The notes under the pieces are model-generated. The model was given only the letters and a program-made list of their open reading frames with translations. It ran no database searches and had not been told where the DNA came from. Made by a program: the position numbers and the translations under genes. From Anolis carolinensis (Eukaryota), in assembly GCF_035594765.1 (NCBI RefSeq), contig NC_085841.1, forward strand, positions 261,980,525 through 262,044,524: a stretch of 64,000 bases of DNA, in the 5' to 3' direction. How positions within the stretch are numbered: position 1 is the stretch's first letter; every line of letters begins with the position of its first letter. Below, one piece after another: positions 1 to 12,258 of the stretch.

Positions 1-1347
1 ACCAGGGGTAGATTACCCCGGCCATGACTTACCAGGGAGCCTGGCTTGTTAAAGATACTTTGGAAAACTATGTCTCTCATGTATATAATTTGTCCTTAAC
101 ACTCCATGTTTTTTCCTAAGTGTTCCTATTTTGCCTATATGTTGTGTTAACCTTATGTTTTATGCTCCTGAGATCCCCATTCCTTCCCTTTGGGGAAACT
201 GTGTTCCTGAGCCCAAAGATGTCTTGCATCCTATGCAATTGTATAACCTGGGGAAAAGAAACTAAGCTGGGAACTTACTCATCAAGTTCCCAGTTTCACC
301 TATTTTTTGGACTTTACCTGGACATTGCAAGACAATACTTCTATTCAGGCAGGGGAAATCATCTCCCTTGCCCCTTGTAGTCAGAATACTTTCATAATTG
401 TTTTGGTCACGTAGACATAAACATCAAGGCCAAAGGCATTTTCATATCCCAAAGAAACCACACACACATCAGTGCAGAGGGTCGCAGGTAATGTTTCCTG
501 GAGAACTGGAAATCCAACTCACTATTGAGTACCATTTTGGTTCATTCAAATGAAAAAGTTGTCTAAAGGTATTTTTTCCTTGAAATATTTCTTTTGGGCC
601 CATTTCCTCTCAGTTCCCCATCTAATAACTCCTTATAATATCTAGTGTAAGACATGACCCCACCATTTACTAAGATGGTTACTGGTAATTCATGAAATAC
701 AGTACAAGAAAACATTTTATATTATTTTTAATAAAACATTGTAAAGTTATCTTTTTAAAAATAATCTGATATCCAGTGTATTTCTCTATCCACCCATCCA
801 TCCATTTATTTATGAAGAGTGGATTAAGTGGATACTTGAGACATAACTGGAGCTTAATAGAGAGCTAAACAGCCACTCAATAAACTGATGGATGGCTTCG
901 GGGGTTCTGGTATGGCTAGAAAAAAGAAGGTCAGATGGACTTAACTCAAACTTATCTCTTGTCTTTTGAATTGTATCTGTCAGAGAGGATGCAAGGGCAG
1001 CCTTGGGAACCTTGTAATGGTTTCATGGATTAAAACATTTAATAGCTGGGAATCACAAGGTCATTGCTGACTTCTATTATCCACCCAATGACAAATAGAA
1101 AAAGATGCTAATTTGGCAAGTTCCTGTAAAGCAAGCTAGAAGTTGCTTGCAATGGCAGCATTTTTTAAATGTGAAACATAAGACTTGTGAGCTATCCAGC
1201 TTTCCTCTGCTGCTAGATCCACAGAGCTAGAAGAGACTTTGTCATCTACAGGCAGTCCCCAAGTTATGAACAAGATACGTTATGTAGATTCGTTCTTAAA
1301 CTGAATTTGCATGTAAGAACAGGTACGTTTTAAGGTGTAACTCCAGT

Positions 1348-1356
<9 letters not shown>

Positions 1357-1389
<33 letters not shown>
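1357..1389. repeat. (AC)n microsatellite
   Basis: Direct reading. Confidence 0.95.
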
Positions 1390-1391
<2 letters not shown>

Positions 1392-1482
1392 TATATATCA
1401 CTTTGGATAGCATAGGGAAGGGTTAGCGTAACACTCCTGTGGAGTTTTTTTTGCTGTTCAAAATATCTCACTTTCCATCCCT

Positions 1483-1749
1483 TTTTTAAAATTGTGTCGG
1501 AAGCGACTTGAGAACATACTGCAAGTCACTTCTGGTGTAAGAAAATTGGCCGTCTACAGAGATGTTGCCCAGGGGACACCCAGATGTGTTAGCTGGGAGG
1601 CTTCTCTCATGTCCCTGCAAGCTAGAGCTGACAGATGGGAGCTCACCCCATCTTGCGGATTCCAACTGGTAACCTTCAGGTCAGCAACCCAACTTTCAGG
1701 TCAGAAGTTCAGCCAGCACAAGGGTTTAACCCATTGTGCCACCACGGCT
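1483..1749 (-). mobile_element. tRNA-headed SINE (AnolisSINE2-like)
   Basis: tRNA-like head on the minus strand and A-rich tail. 12-bp TSD CTTTCCATCCCT at 1471-1482 and 1750-1761. Homologous copy at 2531-2783. Confidence 0.8.
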
Positions 1750-2530
1750 CTTTCCATCCCTGTGATAATTGGATTTTGAAAAACTTGGCTTGCTGTGGAA
1801 ACAAGGATTGGCGAGAAAGCCTCAGTGGAGATACCTTTTCTCCATGATAACTCTTTCAGGAGTAAATTTCCTTTCCTAAGGGGTTAATTTCTCTCACTTC
1901 CTGTTTCCTCATCCCGTTCTTAACTGTGAGTGAATTGTAAGGCGGATGTTTGTAACTCTGGGACTCCCTGTATTTCCAACCCTTGCACAGTGGAAGAGAA
2001 TATAACATACAAGCTCCTGTCCCCTGGAAGCAAGAGAGCAATGGCTGTGCCTTCATTCTGGAGTGGGGTGCTGGCCCAGGAACAGGACTGTTCTTACTGG
2101 TGGATCCCTCTCCTTGTGGGATTTTCCACCTGACAGTTTTATGCTTCAATCAGGCAGATAAAACTTGACAACCTTAGTCTGTTCAGCTGTTCATGGAGTC
2201 TCTAAGTTCTTCTGACAAGCATCCTACTCAAGAGAGGAGACTTAAAAAATGATGCTTTGGATTTTCCTTCCAAAGTCAAGAACCCATAAACATTAATACA
2301 ACTTTGAGACCTGTCCTAAGAACACTTAGGATAGTTTAGATACAACACAAGGCTTTTAAAGGCAGGTCTAAAGAATCACGAGTTCTCACATTATAGGTCC
2401 TTCAATTTTGTCACTTGTGGTTGCCTCCATGCCCACTCCTTCCATTCTTTTTGGAGGTCAATTGTAGCCATTTCTTGGATCTGTATTAGGGCTGTACCAA
2501 AGGCATTTTGAAAGACAGTGCATGGTGTGC

Positions 2531-2783
2531 TTTTTTTGGTGTCAGGAGCGACTTGAGAAACTGCAAGTTGCTTCTGGTGTGAGAGAATTGGCTGTCTGTA
2601 AGGATGTTGCCCAGGGGACACCCAGATGTTTTACCATCCTATGGGAGGCTTCTCTCATATCCCTGCATGGGAAACTGGGGCTGACAGACAGGAGCTCACC
2701 CCACTCCCTGGATTCGAACTGCCGACTTTTCTATCTGCAGTCTTGCTGGCACAAGGGTTTAACCCATTTCGCCACCAGGGGCT
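2531..2783 (-). mobile_element. tRNA-headed SINE (AnolisSINE2-like), second copy
   Basis: Close similarity to 1483-1749, with a poly-T tail on the + strand. Confidence 0.8.
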
Positions 2784-2797
2784 TCTATGTGTGCTAA

Positions 2798-3116
2798 AGT
2801 AAAGGTAAAGGTTTCCCGTGACATTAAGTCCAGTCATGTCTGACTCTGGGGTTGGTGCTCATCTCCATTTCTAAGCCGAAGAGCCGGCATTGTCCGTAGA
2901 CATCTCCAGGTCATGTGGCCAGCATGACTGCATGGAGCGCTGTTACCTTCCCGCCGGAGCGGTACCTATTGATCTACTCACATTGGCATGTTTTCAAACT
3001 GGTAGGTTGGCAGGAGCTGGAGCTAACAGCGGCTGCTCACGCTGCTCCTGGGGCTTGAACCTGGGACCTTTCGGTCTCCAGCTCAGTGCTTTAATGCACT
3101 TCACCACCGGGGCTCC
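2798..3116 (-). mobile_element. Sauria SINE
   Basis: GGAGCCCCGGTGG head and (ACCTTT)n tail on the minus strand. TSD CTTCTATGTGTGCTAA at 2782-2797 and 3116-3131. Confidence 0.92.
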
Positions 3117-3745
3117 TTCTATGTGTGCTAATGTGTGCTAACGTGGTCCTATGCTTCTGAAGGGTAAACGTTTGTATCCCTGAATGTTTTGTTCTGATAT
3201 TTCTCACAATTGAAAAGAAATTCACTAGAACATGGGAATAAAATGTTACAACTGGTGATAGGACTTTCTGGGAAAATATAAATGTTTTGACATTTTTAAA
3301 AATCCCACAAACAAAAGATTGCCAACTCCAAACATATTTGCCTCACCTGGAGGAGCTCACAGTCTTCTACATCAAGAACATCTTATGAATAACATATTTT
3401 AAAGACCGTATAGTCAAATGTCCAGATATAAGTTTTAATAAGATGACAGGGAGAAGGGAGAGAAAAAGGCAACAATTGCAGACACAGAGTTTTCCAGCTA
3501 AACATCAATAAATTAAATCTCAATTACCTATTAAATTTAATCTGTTTGAATAGACTCTTGGATTCAGAACGTGGACAAATTTCATTACTAGGAAGGGGAT
3601 CTAAGTGCAGTATTTATTTGAATGCTGGGTCAATGCTCCCAGGAAGATGGAGCTGAAGGTAAAATCTTGAATCCGGTAAAAGCCAGACCTACTGGAAATG
3701 AACATTTAGCTACTAGGCCAAGGTCATCTAGATTTAGTATCTAGT

Positions 3746-4071
3746 TGTGGAATGTTTGAGGAGCAATTCAAAGCTCCTGCCTGCAGTGTTAACTCCTTTT
3801 GCGGGTTGTGAGCAAACTGGAACCAATCAATGAATGCCAAGGCAGATGGCAGAGAACCCATCAGATAGCAGCATGTTGTTAGGTAGGAAGCTTTAAAAAG
3901 ACTTGTACATGGCTAGGTGTGTGTGTGCTTCTTTTGCAAATAATTGCCAAGCATGTTGATTTGGGCAGACTGTGAATAAAGGCTTTGCTTTTCCATTCTC
4001 CATCCTTGTTTGTGTTAATTGGCTACATTGCACACTAGGCATGAGTCCACCATCCTTTTAGGAGACTAACA
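3746..4071 (+). mobile_element. Possible solo LTR (ERV-like)
   Basis: TG...CA ends with CCAAT, TTTAAAAA and AATAAA in LTR order, and a U5-like end. No TSD found. Confidence 0.4.
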
Positions 4072-4620
4072 ATTTCTTGGGTTTGCTGATTAATATTTTG
4101 CCTATCACAGGCACTTTTTGTCAGAGGTCTGGTAAAGGACCTAGCTAAGATCAAAATCAACAAGATCTTTTATGGCACAAACGTTGGAGGATTGACAAAT
4201 ATATCATCCTTTGGGGGTGGGGGGTGGACAACAGACTTGTTTCCTAGGTTGTTTCTGGTGCCAAACGCCTAGTTGGCCAATCAGAACATTCTGTAATGGC
4301 TGCATTTACCTCTCAAATGACCTTGATTTTATATTGCAAAAAAGTTAGCAACTTCCCACTAGCTACAACATTGTAGAAATGTTCTGTATGTATATGGTGG
4401 CAAGAAGAGATCAGAATTTGCATATTGTTGAACTCCACACAATGTGACGAAACAAAGAGTATCTATGGGAACTGTTAAGCTGCATCAGAACATAGAGGTT
4501 TGGCACAACCTTTGTCCCTTAATAAGAATATGGAGATCAATGACTTGTTGCACTGGAAAAACCCAATAAAAATCAGTTTCTCTACCTAAACCACTTTCAC
4601 CCACAGGTGATTTACATATA

Positions 4621-5050
4621 TTTGTTGTTGTTTATTCATTCAGTCACTTCTCTTTGTGACCTCCTGGGCCAGCCCACACCAGAGCTCTCTGTCGGCTGTC
4701 ACTACCCCGGCTCCTTCAAGGCCAAGCCAGTGATTTCAAGGATACCATCCATCCATCTTGCCCTTGGTCGGCCCCTCTTCCTTTTTCCTTCCATTTTCCC
4801 CAGCATCATTCTCTTCTCCAAGCTTTCGTGTCTTCTCATGATGTGGCCAAAGTGCTTCATCTTTGCCTCTAATATCCTTTCCTCCAGTGAGCAGTCAGGC
4901 ATTATTTCCTGGAGTATGGACTGCCTGGATCTTCTTGTGGTCCAAGGCACTCTCAAGATTTTCCTCTAACACCACAATTCAAAAGCGTCTATCTTCCTTT
5001 GCTCAGCCTTCCTTATGGTCCAGGTCTTGCATCCATAGGTTACTATGGAG
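4621..5050 (-). mobile_element. RTE-BovB LINE 3' fragment
   Basis: ORF 4702-4956(-) MRVPWTTRRS...HFGHIMRR..LEK.MMLGKMEGKRKRGRPRARWMD is the RTE C-terminus; (CAA)n tail. Confidence 0.92.
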
Positions 5051-5574
5051 AACATATGTAAATTACCAAAGGGTTCATTTTATTATTAATTCATTGTAAG
5101 CCACCATCTGCTTGTGCCAGATAGAAGGGAAGAATGCCTGTAGTTAAAACAATTGTGTTCCCTATTTTCACCATGGACTCACTAAATCACCCCTCCCCAA
5201 CCTGGTACCTTCTGAACATTTTTGGCTTTACTCACATAAATCCCAACAAACATGGTGCCAGGTTGAAAATTCTGGGATCTGAAGTCTCAAAACACATAGG
5301 GAACACTAGATTGGGGAAAGCTGCACTGAGTGGCCCTGGGCAAGTGGTGATTCAAATCTAACAAACTATATGCTTTAAGTTCATCTTAGTCATTTCTCAG
5401 GACTACCTGAAAAACTGTAATATAATATGAAATGCAGTCTGCACTTACTGAAGAGGCAAGATAGATTTTCTGAAAGGCTGATCAATTTGCTGATCGTTGT
5501 TGTGCAGTGAACTCCCAGGGGTCCTTGGTGGGGGACCACATAGATCATCCACAACTTTTTCTTTAAAAAAACCC

Positions 5575-5716
5575 CACAGCATTGCCAAAACACAAATCAA
5601 GGAGCATGAAAGGCACTGCAGACTAACTCAGCCAAAGAAATCAGTCATAGCAGAACACTTGATAAACCAACCAGGACACAGCATATTATTTGAGAACACA
5701 GAAATGCTGGACCATT
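5575..5716 (+). mobile_element. Penelope-like element fragment (GIY-YIG endonuclease region)
   Basis: Translates TQIKEHERHCRLTQPKKSVIAEHLINQPGHSILFENTEMLDH. Confidence 0.85.
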
Positions 5717-7199
5717 CCTTGATAGGCCTTTAAAAATGGAAAAGACTAAATGTCAATTTCTACATCACTTCCTGAAGGAAAGAAGGCCCCTACTGTCTTC
5801 CATGAGATATGGGGGCATTTTGGTGTAAAAAAAGATAGGTTAGACATGGAATATGGAGCTACAGAGGGGACAAGGCATCCCAGGGCTCCGTGTTTCCAAA
5901 ATTTTTAGATCTGCCAGGGGCTAAAAAAATAGACTTGGAGTCACTTTTGATCATCAGGCTACATGTCCCCCACTCCTGATTTACAAATACTTATCTATAC
6001 TTGATGCTTGGAAGAAGCCTGTGCATATAAAGCAGGTTCCCCGTGAGCCCCTCACTTGCTAGGAATTGCCCTGCTGCCACTTCCATCATCCATCAGGGTT
6101 AGCTCTGCTATGTAGGGTTGAAGGGAAATGCAATCGAACACCATCAGGAAGATTTAAAAGGATGTGGCAGAGGTTTGTACTGTATATATTCATGAGAAAA
6201 ACCGAGGGTTTGATTTTGTACAGAAAGTCAGTAAGAGAAAAATACAATATTGATTATAAAACAACAATGACTTATGTATTCCCTTCAGAAACACTGTCTG
6301 GAGTCTGCGGAACAAATAGACAATAACTGTTCCTTTGTAGCTTGAGAATTCAATTACATATCTGGAGTGGTCCTCGGTTTGCAAAGTGGGAAAAATCACA
6401 ATGTGGGGTATAAACTGCTTTATACCATAAAAGTGATATAGAAATGAAAATACATAAGATGTTATGCTGATTCTGATGGCAAAATGTACTGTTTACATCT
6501 ACTTGCTACACTCTTTGGAATTTTTAGTTGCAGGCTTGAAGCCTCCCCACTGGTAGCACTGTCCCCATCTGTCTTTAAGTCAAGGGAAAGGATTTTCAAA
6601 GGCCCATGTTCAAACAAAAACCCATATATCCAAATAATTCTGTGCAGGGCTAGATTTATGCTGCTTTTACTAATGCATATTTTCTTACATTCCCAGGTCA
6701 TTGAGTTTGATGACGATCAGTGTTGATTTTGGATGCTGGTCGGTAGAATTTCCCATTGACCTGAGTAAACAATTTGCTCTGTAGCCAAAGGTCACTCCAG
6801 CCAAGCTGAGTTGTCCTGTCTATTTCTAGTTTTCGTTGATAAAGCGGAAGTCAGTCGGGGTGGGACAACTAGAGTTGGAGTTCTGCCAAATTGTTGATGT
6901 GTCCATTCAAAGGGCAGCAAAGAATGCACAATTCTCTTCTGTGGCAGGCTGACTTTAGACTCTACTCCTCCACAGTCCTGGGAAAGCATTGCAGAGGTTC
7001 CTTTGTTATTGTTTGGTGATGTGCCCATTAAAGTCATATGACTTGAACTTCGGGACAGATGTTTGCTGTATGACAACAATGCCTTATTGAATTACCTGAC
7101 CATCATAGGCAGGTTGATACTAGGCTTGTGATAATAAAGAAAAATGATGGATCATTCTTAAACACATAGGTCCACCAGAACATTTGATTTTTCAAATGT

Positions 7200-7675
7200 G
7201 TGATCTGTACAGAGGACAAAGGGAATTGCTGCCACGGAATATGGAGAAATGAAATGATTTCCAATTGGCAAGAGATTAAGCAAGGCTTCTTTTTTTATCA
7301 TTCTCTATATATTTAACATGTGTCCTGAAAACACAGTACACAAAGATGGATTAGACTCTGAGGATGGAGATGTGTAAATTGGAGGAAGGAATATCAACAA
7401 TTTAATATATACAGGCGATGATAGTATACTATTAGCAGAAATGACTGCAGACGAAAATCATGGAAGAATCTACAGAGAGAGGTTTACAGTTGAACATTAA
7501 AAAAGCAAAAATAATTACCACAGACAATGATCTTGAGATAGTCAGAGATCTCCTATACTTTGGCTTGGTCATGAATCAAAATGGAGACCACACTCCAAAA
7601 ATCAGAAGAAAATTAGAACTTAGAAGGACAGCTATGAAGAAACTAGACAAGATTCTCAAGTGTAATGATACATGA
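7200..7675 (+). mobile_element. Degraded RTE/BovB LINE reverse-transcriptase fragment
   Basis: Remnants of IGGRNINNL.Y..D and GLQLNIKK.KI motifs with stops and frameshifts. Confidence 0.75.
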
Positions 7676-7687
7676 ATGAATTAAACT

Positions 7688-7830
7688 TTATTAATAGCCT
7701 GCCCGGCCTCCCCCAAAGGGACTCAGGACGGCTTACAACAAAATATACAGTGGCAAACATTCAATGCCAATGGTAATATATAAACAAATCAAACAAATCA
7801 ATAAATTATAAAACACAAATAAAAATAGAA
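7688..7830 (-). mobile_element. L2-type LINE 3' end remnant
   Basis: GGGACTCAGG.CGGCTTACA motif with AT-rich tail; similar remnants at ~33587-33700 and ~36952-37115. Confidence 0.6.
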
Positions 7831-8309
7831 TCCCATTCTTTCTAAGGCCAAGACGTACTACATTGTTTACTGCAAACATACTATTGCAACCTATCACTAA
7901 AAGTGTGGATTTTTCCCAGCTCTCATTCACCATCCCTCTAGTTTTTGCACTGGGGATGGAGGTGGGGGCCTCCATGTAGAAAGAAGATAAGTAAAGAGGG
8001 GGTGGGATATGTTCCTATAAAGAGACTTGTGTTAGAGGTTTGTACTTTACAGTGTGATTTTCCAAAGCATTTAAGGCACAGAATTGTTGTAGTCCTAAAT
8101 GATAACCCACACACTCCATTGACAGATACAGCAAGCTGGCTGACCATCTGTAACTGTAGCTGTAGAAACTGTAACTCGGGGTGAGTCTACACTGGCTCTA
8201 GTGTGACTGTGCTAGTGGCCACAAGCACTGGACCAGACCCATTGCATTGGCCAGGCAACACAGCATCGGCCCTGCTGGACTGTGCACTTGCCCTCTGTGT
8301 CACTGCCAC

Positions 8310-9185
8310 TGTTCTTTGTTTTGACGCAGTCTAAGATAGCTGGAGCCCCGGTGGCGAAGTGTGTTAAAGCGCTGAGCTGCTGAACTTGCAGACCGAAAGG
8401 TCCCAGGTTCAAACCCCGGGAGCGGTGTGAGCGGCCGCAGTTAGCTCCAGCTTCTGCCAACCTAGCAGTTCGAAAACATGCCAATGTGAGTAGATCAATA
8501 GGTACCGCTCCAGCGGGAAGGTAACGGCGCTCCATGCAGTCATGCCGGCCACATGACCTGGAGATGTCTACGGACAACACCGGCTCTTCGGCTTAGAAAT
8601 GGAGATGAGCACCAACCCCCAGAGTCAGACATGACTGGACTTAAAGTCAGGGGAAAGCCTTTACCTTTACTAAGACAGCTGGGTCAGCATCGATTCTGCC
8701 CAATCAACTGCCCAGAATGACATGAAGCCATCGCCTTTCTCTGTGCTGATCAGCGCATGGAAAGAGAATGGCTCATCTTCATGTTGCCACCACAACTCTG
8801 TTGGCCACCAAGTGTCTAGCCACTTTGGCCATCTCTGTGATGTCATAACAGGTTGCCTATGAAATCAACAAGAAGGAGATCAACACCCTAATTCTTGCCA
8901 GCTGCAGGGGCACCTCATTATGAAATCACAAAGGTGGCCATGGTATCCAGGCGCTTGGACAGAGCTCTGTTGCTGGTAGAGATTTATGGCAGCAACACAG
9001 GACTGAGCTATAAATTATAGATGGAAGCTGAAAAGAGAGGCGGGTACTAAATAAACATTTTTATTCTTATTATTCCCTTTCCATGCACTGATCAGCACAG
9101 GGAAAGGTGTTGGCCTGGTGTCAGTCTGGACAGCTGATTGAGCCAAATTGAAGCTGACCCAGCTATTCAAACTGACACAAAGTCC
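8310..9185. mobile_element. Old foldback/MITE-like element with long inverted arms, interrupted by a Sauria SINE
   Basis: 8677-8768 is the degenerate reverse complement of 9072-9163, and the pairing continues to the left of the SINE. Confidence 0.6.
8342..8670 (+). mobile_element. Sauria SINE, full length
   Basis: tRNA-derived head with GGTTCAAACC B box, ACCTTT-type tail, TSD CTAAGAYAGCT. Confidence 0.93.
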
Positions 9186-9318
9186 CAGAATGTCCTGGAG
9201 TTTCCAGTAAACTCCAGAATATCCCCCGACTGTGCTAAAAGTGTGGCAAAGTCACAGTAATGCAAGAAACTCATAATACCCGGTCAGTGCACATCATGGA
9301 AGGAACCAGCAATAGATT

Positions 9319-9539
9319 GGGTTGTTGTGAGTTTTCCGGGCTGTATGGCCATGTTCCAAAAGCATTCTCTCCTGATGTTTTGCCCACATCTATGATAAAT
9401 AACATACCTCATAACCTCTGAGGATGCCTGCCATAGTTGTTGGCAAAACGTCAGGAAAGAATGCTTCTGGAACATGGCCATACAGCCCGGAAAATTCACA
9501 ACAACCCACCGGTTCTGGCCATGAAAGCCTTTGACAACA
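9319..9539. mobile_element. Penelope-like pLTR insertion with inverted 5' segment
   Basis: Two pLTR pieces in opposite orientation; TSD AGCARTAGATTG. Confidence 0.85.
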
Positions 9540-10026
9540 GCAGTAGATTGCTTGTGTAGACTTGCCATATAGTCATATTTGAACTGTATACAAATGAATC
9601 ATTGTGCTACCTACGTGGATGCCCTCAGTTGCCTGCATTCAGCAGTTGTTTGCCTGCAACTCACTAGATCAAAGCTATCAGTGTCCTTGGCTCTAAAGTT
9701 TGTATTTGGTATCACTCTCTAGTTTTGAAGCTTTCTTGGCATGTTTGTACTGATGGATAATGGTTGGCAAAGGAAAGACATGGGAGAAGAGAGGAAAGAA
9801 AACAATGACACTTGGAGGAGACAAATGCCAAGGAAGATGGAACAGAAAGAAGGTGAGGAGAGTAAAGTCTGAAAAGCAAAATACGAGAAGAGAGATAAGT
9901 GGCTAATGTCATGAAGGGGAGATCTTGGGTAAGAATGTCTAAACATTAAAGAAAGAGAGGAACGAAGTATACTGAGATTCAGGCAGCTCTTTTCCTTGTT
10001 GATCTTGGCACAATGAACCCTAAATA

Positions 10027-10369
10027 CAGTAGAGTCTCACTTATCCAACATAAACGGGCCGGCAAACATTGGATAAGCGAAAATGTTGGATAATAAGGAG
10101 GGATTAAGGAAAAACCTATTAAACATTGAATTACATAATGATTTTACAAATTAAGCACCAAAACATCATGTTTTACAACAAATCAACAGAAAAAGGAATT
10201 CAATACACGGTAACGTTATGTAGTAATTACTGTATTTACAAATTTAGCATCAAAACATCGCAATGTATTGAAAATATTGACTACAAAAACACTGACTACT
10301 AAAAGACAGAATGCGTTGGCTAATCCAGAATGTTGGATAAGCAAAGGTTGGATAAGTGAGACTCTACTG
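10027..10369. mobile_element. Tc1/mariner-pogo MITE (CAGTAGAGTCTCACTTATCCAAC TIR)
   Basis: Perfect TIRs and TA TSD; second copy at 39352-39672 in opposite orientation. Confidence 0.88.
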
Positions 10370-10587
10370 TATGTGGCATATCCTAAACTATTCAAACAGT
10401 TTGAGAACACATCACCACCAAATTAAGACTGGAAGTGTAGTATCTTACATTATCATTGCAAATTAAAGCGATAGTGGTAAAGACGACACCTTAGGATCTC
10501 TTCCAACATGAATTCTTAAGTGGAAGGTGTAGGTAAACCTGTTGGCATGGGTTACCCTGTGGGAATGCCTCTGAAGACTTTAACAAA

Positions 10588-10725
10588 GGCCCCTTCCACA
10601 CAGCTGTATAAAATCCACATTAACCTGAATTATATGGCAGTGGGGACTCAGATAACCCAGTATAAAGCAGAAATTGTGTATTATCTGCCTTTATATTCTG
10701 GATTATATGGCTGTGTGGAAGGGCC
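10588..10725. mobile_element. Palindromic PIF/Harbinger-type MITE (GGCCCCTTCCACAC TIR)
   Basis: TIRs and palindromic body; relatives at 12956-13021, 18896-19195 and 35775-35895. Confidence 0.7.
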
Positions 10726-11330
10726 CAAAGATTTGTTAATGCCTTCTTATTGTATGACTGTGTTTCTCTTAACAGAAGCTAAGATGGCCCATAAAGGTAC
10801 AAATATAAATGAAAACTCTTCAAAACTACTTATTCCCCAGACACAATCATCAGGGAATGAAAGGGGATAAATCAGGTCTGTATGTAAAAAGCAAACTGAA
10901 GGATGCTCTTGTAGTTTGGGGAGTGAGACTGAAGGATGAGCTTTGGGGATGAGACTAGAGGATGAGCCTGTAGGTTGAGACAGACTTCCACAAAAACAAA
11001 AAAAATGGCTTATGATAACATCCAATGACTTCATTCAGGATGTTACTCGTGTTCCAAGGCACATGCAGAAGACAGAGTTTCACAAGAGAGCATATGAAAT
11101 ATGTGAAGTATTCTTGGTACACCAGCCAAATCAATATTGGTGTTTCAACACTACGCTCCCTACTAAGAGACCTTGATGGGACACTCCTCATGGAATTAGT
11201 CTGGTGCTTATCCTTTATCTTTCAAACTTTGAACTCAGAAATGAACAGTAAGGTGACTTGGAGCTGTCAAGGAGTTTCATCATCTGAGTATCTACGCATT
11301 TAGTGGATTGTGACAGAACAATATTGCAAA

Positions 11331-11654
11331 GGACAGAGCCCCAAGGACGGCTAATGACTCTGAACAAAGGATGCGCCCCAGGCAAGAGACAAACCTTTCC
11401 AATGCTAATTAGGGTGATTAACTGAAACATTAATGCTGGCTTCCAACTGACAAAGGACTCTTGTCACACCCTGGACTCTCCACAGATATATACCTTTACC
11501 TTCCTTGCCTAGTTTTTCCATGCCTCACAACCTCTGAGGATGCCTGCCATAGATGTGGGCGAAACATCAGGAAAAAATAGTTCTGGAACATGGCCACACA
11601 GCCCAAAAGACATACGACAGCCCTGTGATCCCGGCCATGAAAGCCTTCAACAAC
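11331..11654 (+). mobile_element. Penelope-like 3' fragment with pLTR and hammerhead motif
   Basis: pLTR sequence; 13-bp TSD ACAATATTGCAAA at 11318-11330 and 11655-11667. Confidence 0.85.
11531..11572 (+). ncRNA. Minimal type I hammerhead ribozyme motif in Penelope pLTR
   Basis: CCT-CUGAGGA-U-GCCUGC/GUGGGC stem II-GAAA-C-AUC-AGG matches the CUGANGA...GAAA...NUH core. Confidence 0.65.
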
Positions 11655-11840
11655 ACAATATTGCAAATATTGCATTCATTTTGAATGAATGATTGTCAAC
11701 GTCTCACTCTCTTCAATGTTAGAAATTTGGGACTTGAAGGAAGATTTTGAGAGGTGTGGGTGTTACAGAATTCAAAATTAATGCCCTTCTTTCTATATCT
11801 TTAGAAAAAGTATTTGAATTTGTTTTTGCACAGAAGTCAA

Positions 11841-12258
11841 GGGACCTCTTCACACTGCCCTATTGGGCCTTGCCATTGCACCGCAAAAGGGAAGGCACGC
11901 CGGGCTGCTCGTGGTGCCCTGCATGCCCTCCCTCCTTCCTCCATCACACAGTGGGGATGGGACATCTGATGTGCCCATCAGATGGCTTAAAGAGAGGCAA
12001 CGCACATTGCCCCACTGCCCTTTCTGCCATCATACTGCAAAAAGGGGAGGAAAATGCGGGTAGCTCCATTGAAACTACCCAAACTACACTTTCCACCCGG
12101 TAGAGGTGGAGAAAGTGCCTTTCAGTGTTTCCTTTCCACTTTGGGAGGAATGTGGGCAGGGCCTGCCATGTGTTGTGTGATGGTGCATGGCAAGCCCCAT
12201 CCTTGTTGTAAATAAAAGTGGCAAAACGGGGCAAAAATGCCTCGTGTGAAAAGGTCCC
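11841..12258. mobile_element. PIF/Harbinger-type non-autonomous element
   Basis: TIR GGGACCTCTTCACAC / GTGTGAAAAGGTCCC. Confidence 0.65.

Larger units (their letters stand above)
1249..1970. mobile_element. Non-autonomous Tc1/mariner-pogo (Tigger-like) DNA transposon with a nested SINE and (AC)n
   Basis: Imperfect TIRs CAGGCAGTCCCCAAGTTATGAACA / TGTTTGTAACTCTGGGACTCCCTG, with TA on both sides. Confidence 0.8.

Noticed and set aside
334-364. Resemblance to the U1 snRNA 5' end (ATACTT...GGCAGGGGA)
   Set aside because: Only short broken matches; no downstream U1 stem-loops or Sm site
6697-6726. Acceptor-like site followed by VIEFDD, as in LAR-family PTP exons
   Set aside because: Stop after 9 codons, similarity ends after six residues, and no other exons found
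8342-8425. tRNA gene
   Set aside because: A/B-box region is the tRNA-derived head of a Sauria SINE
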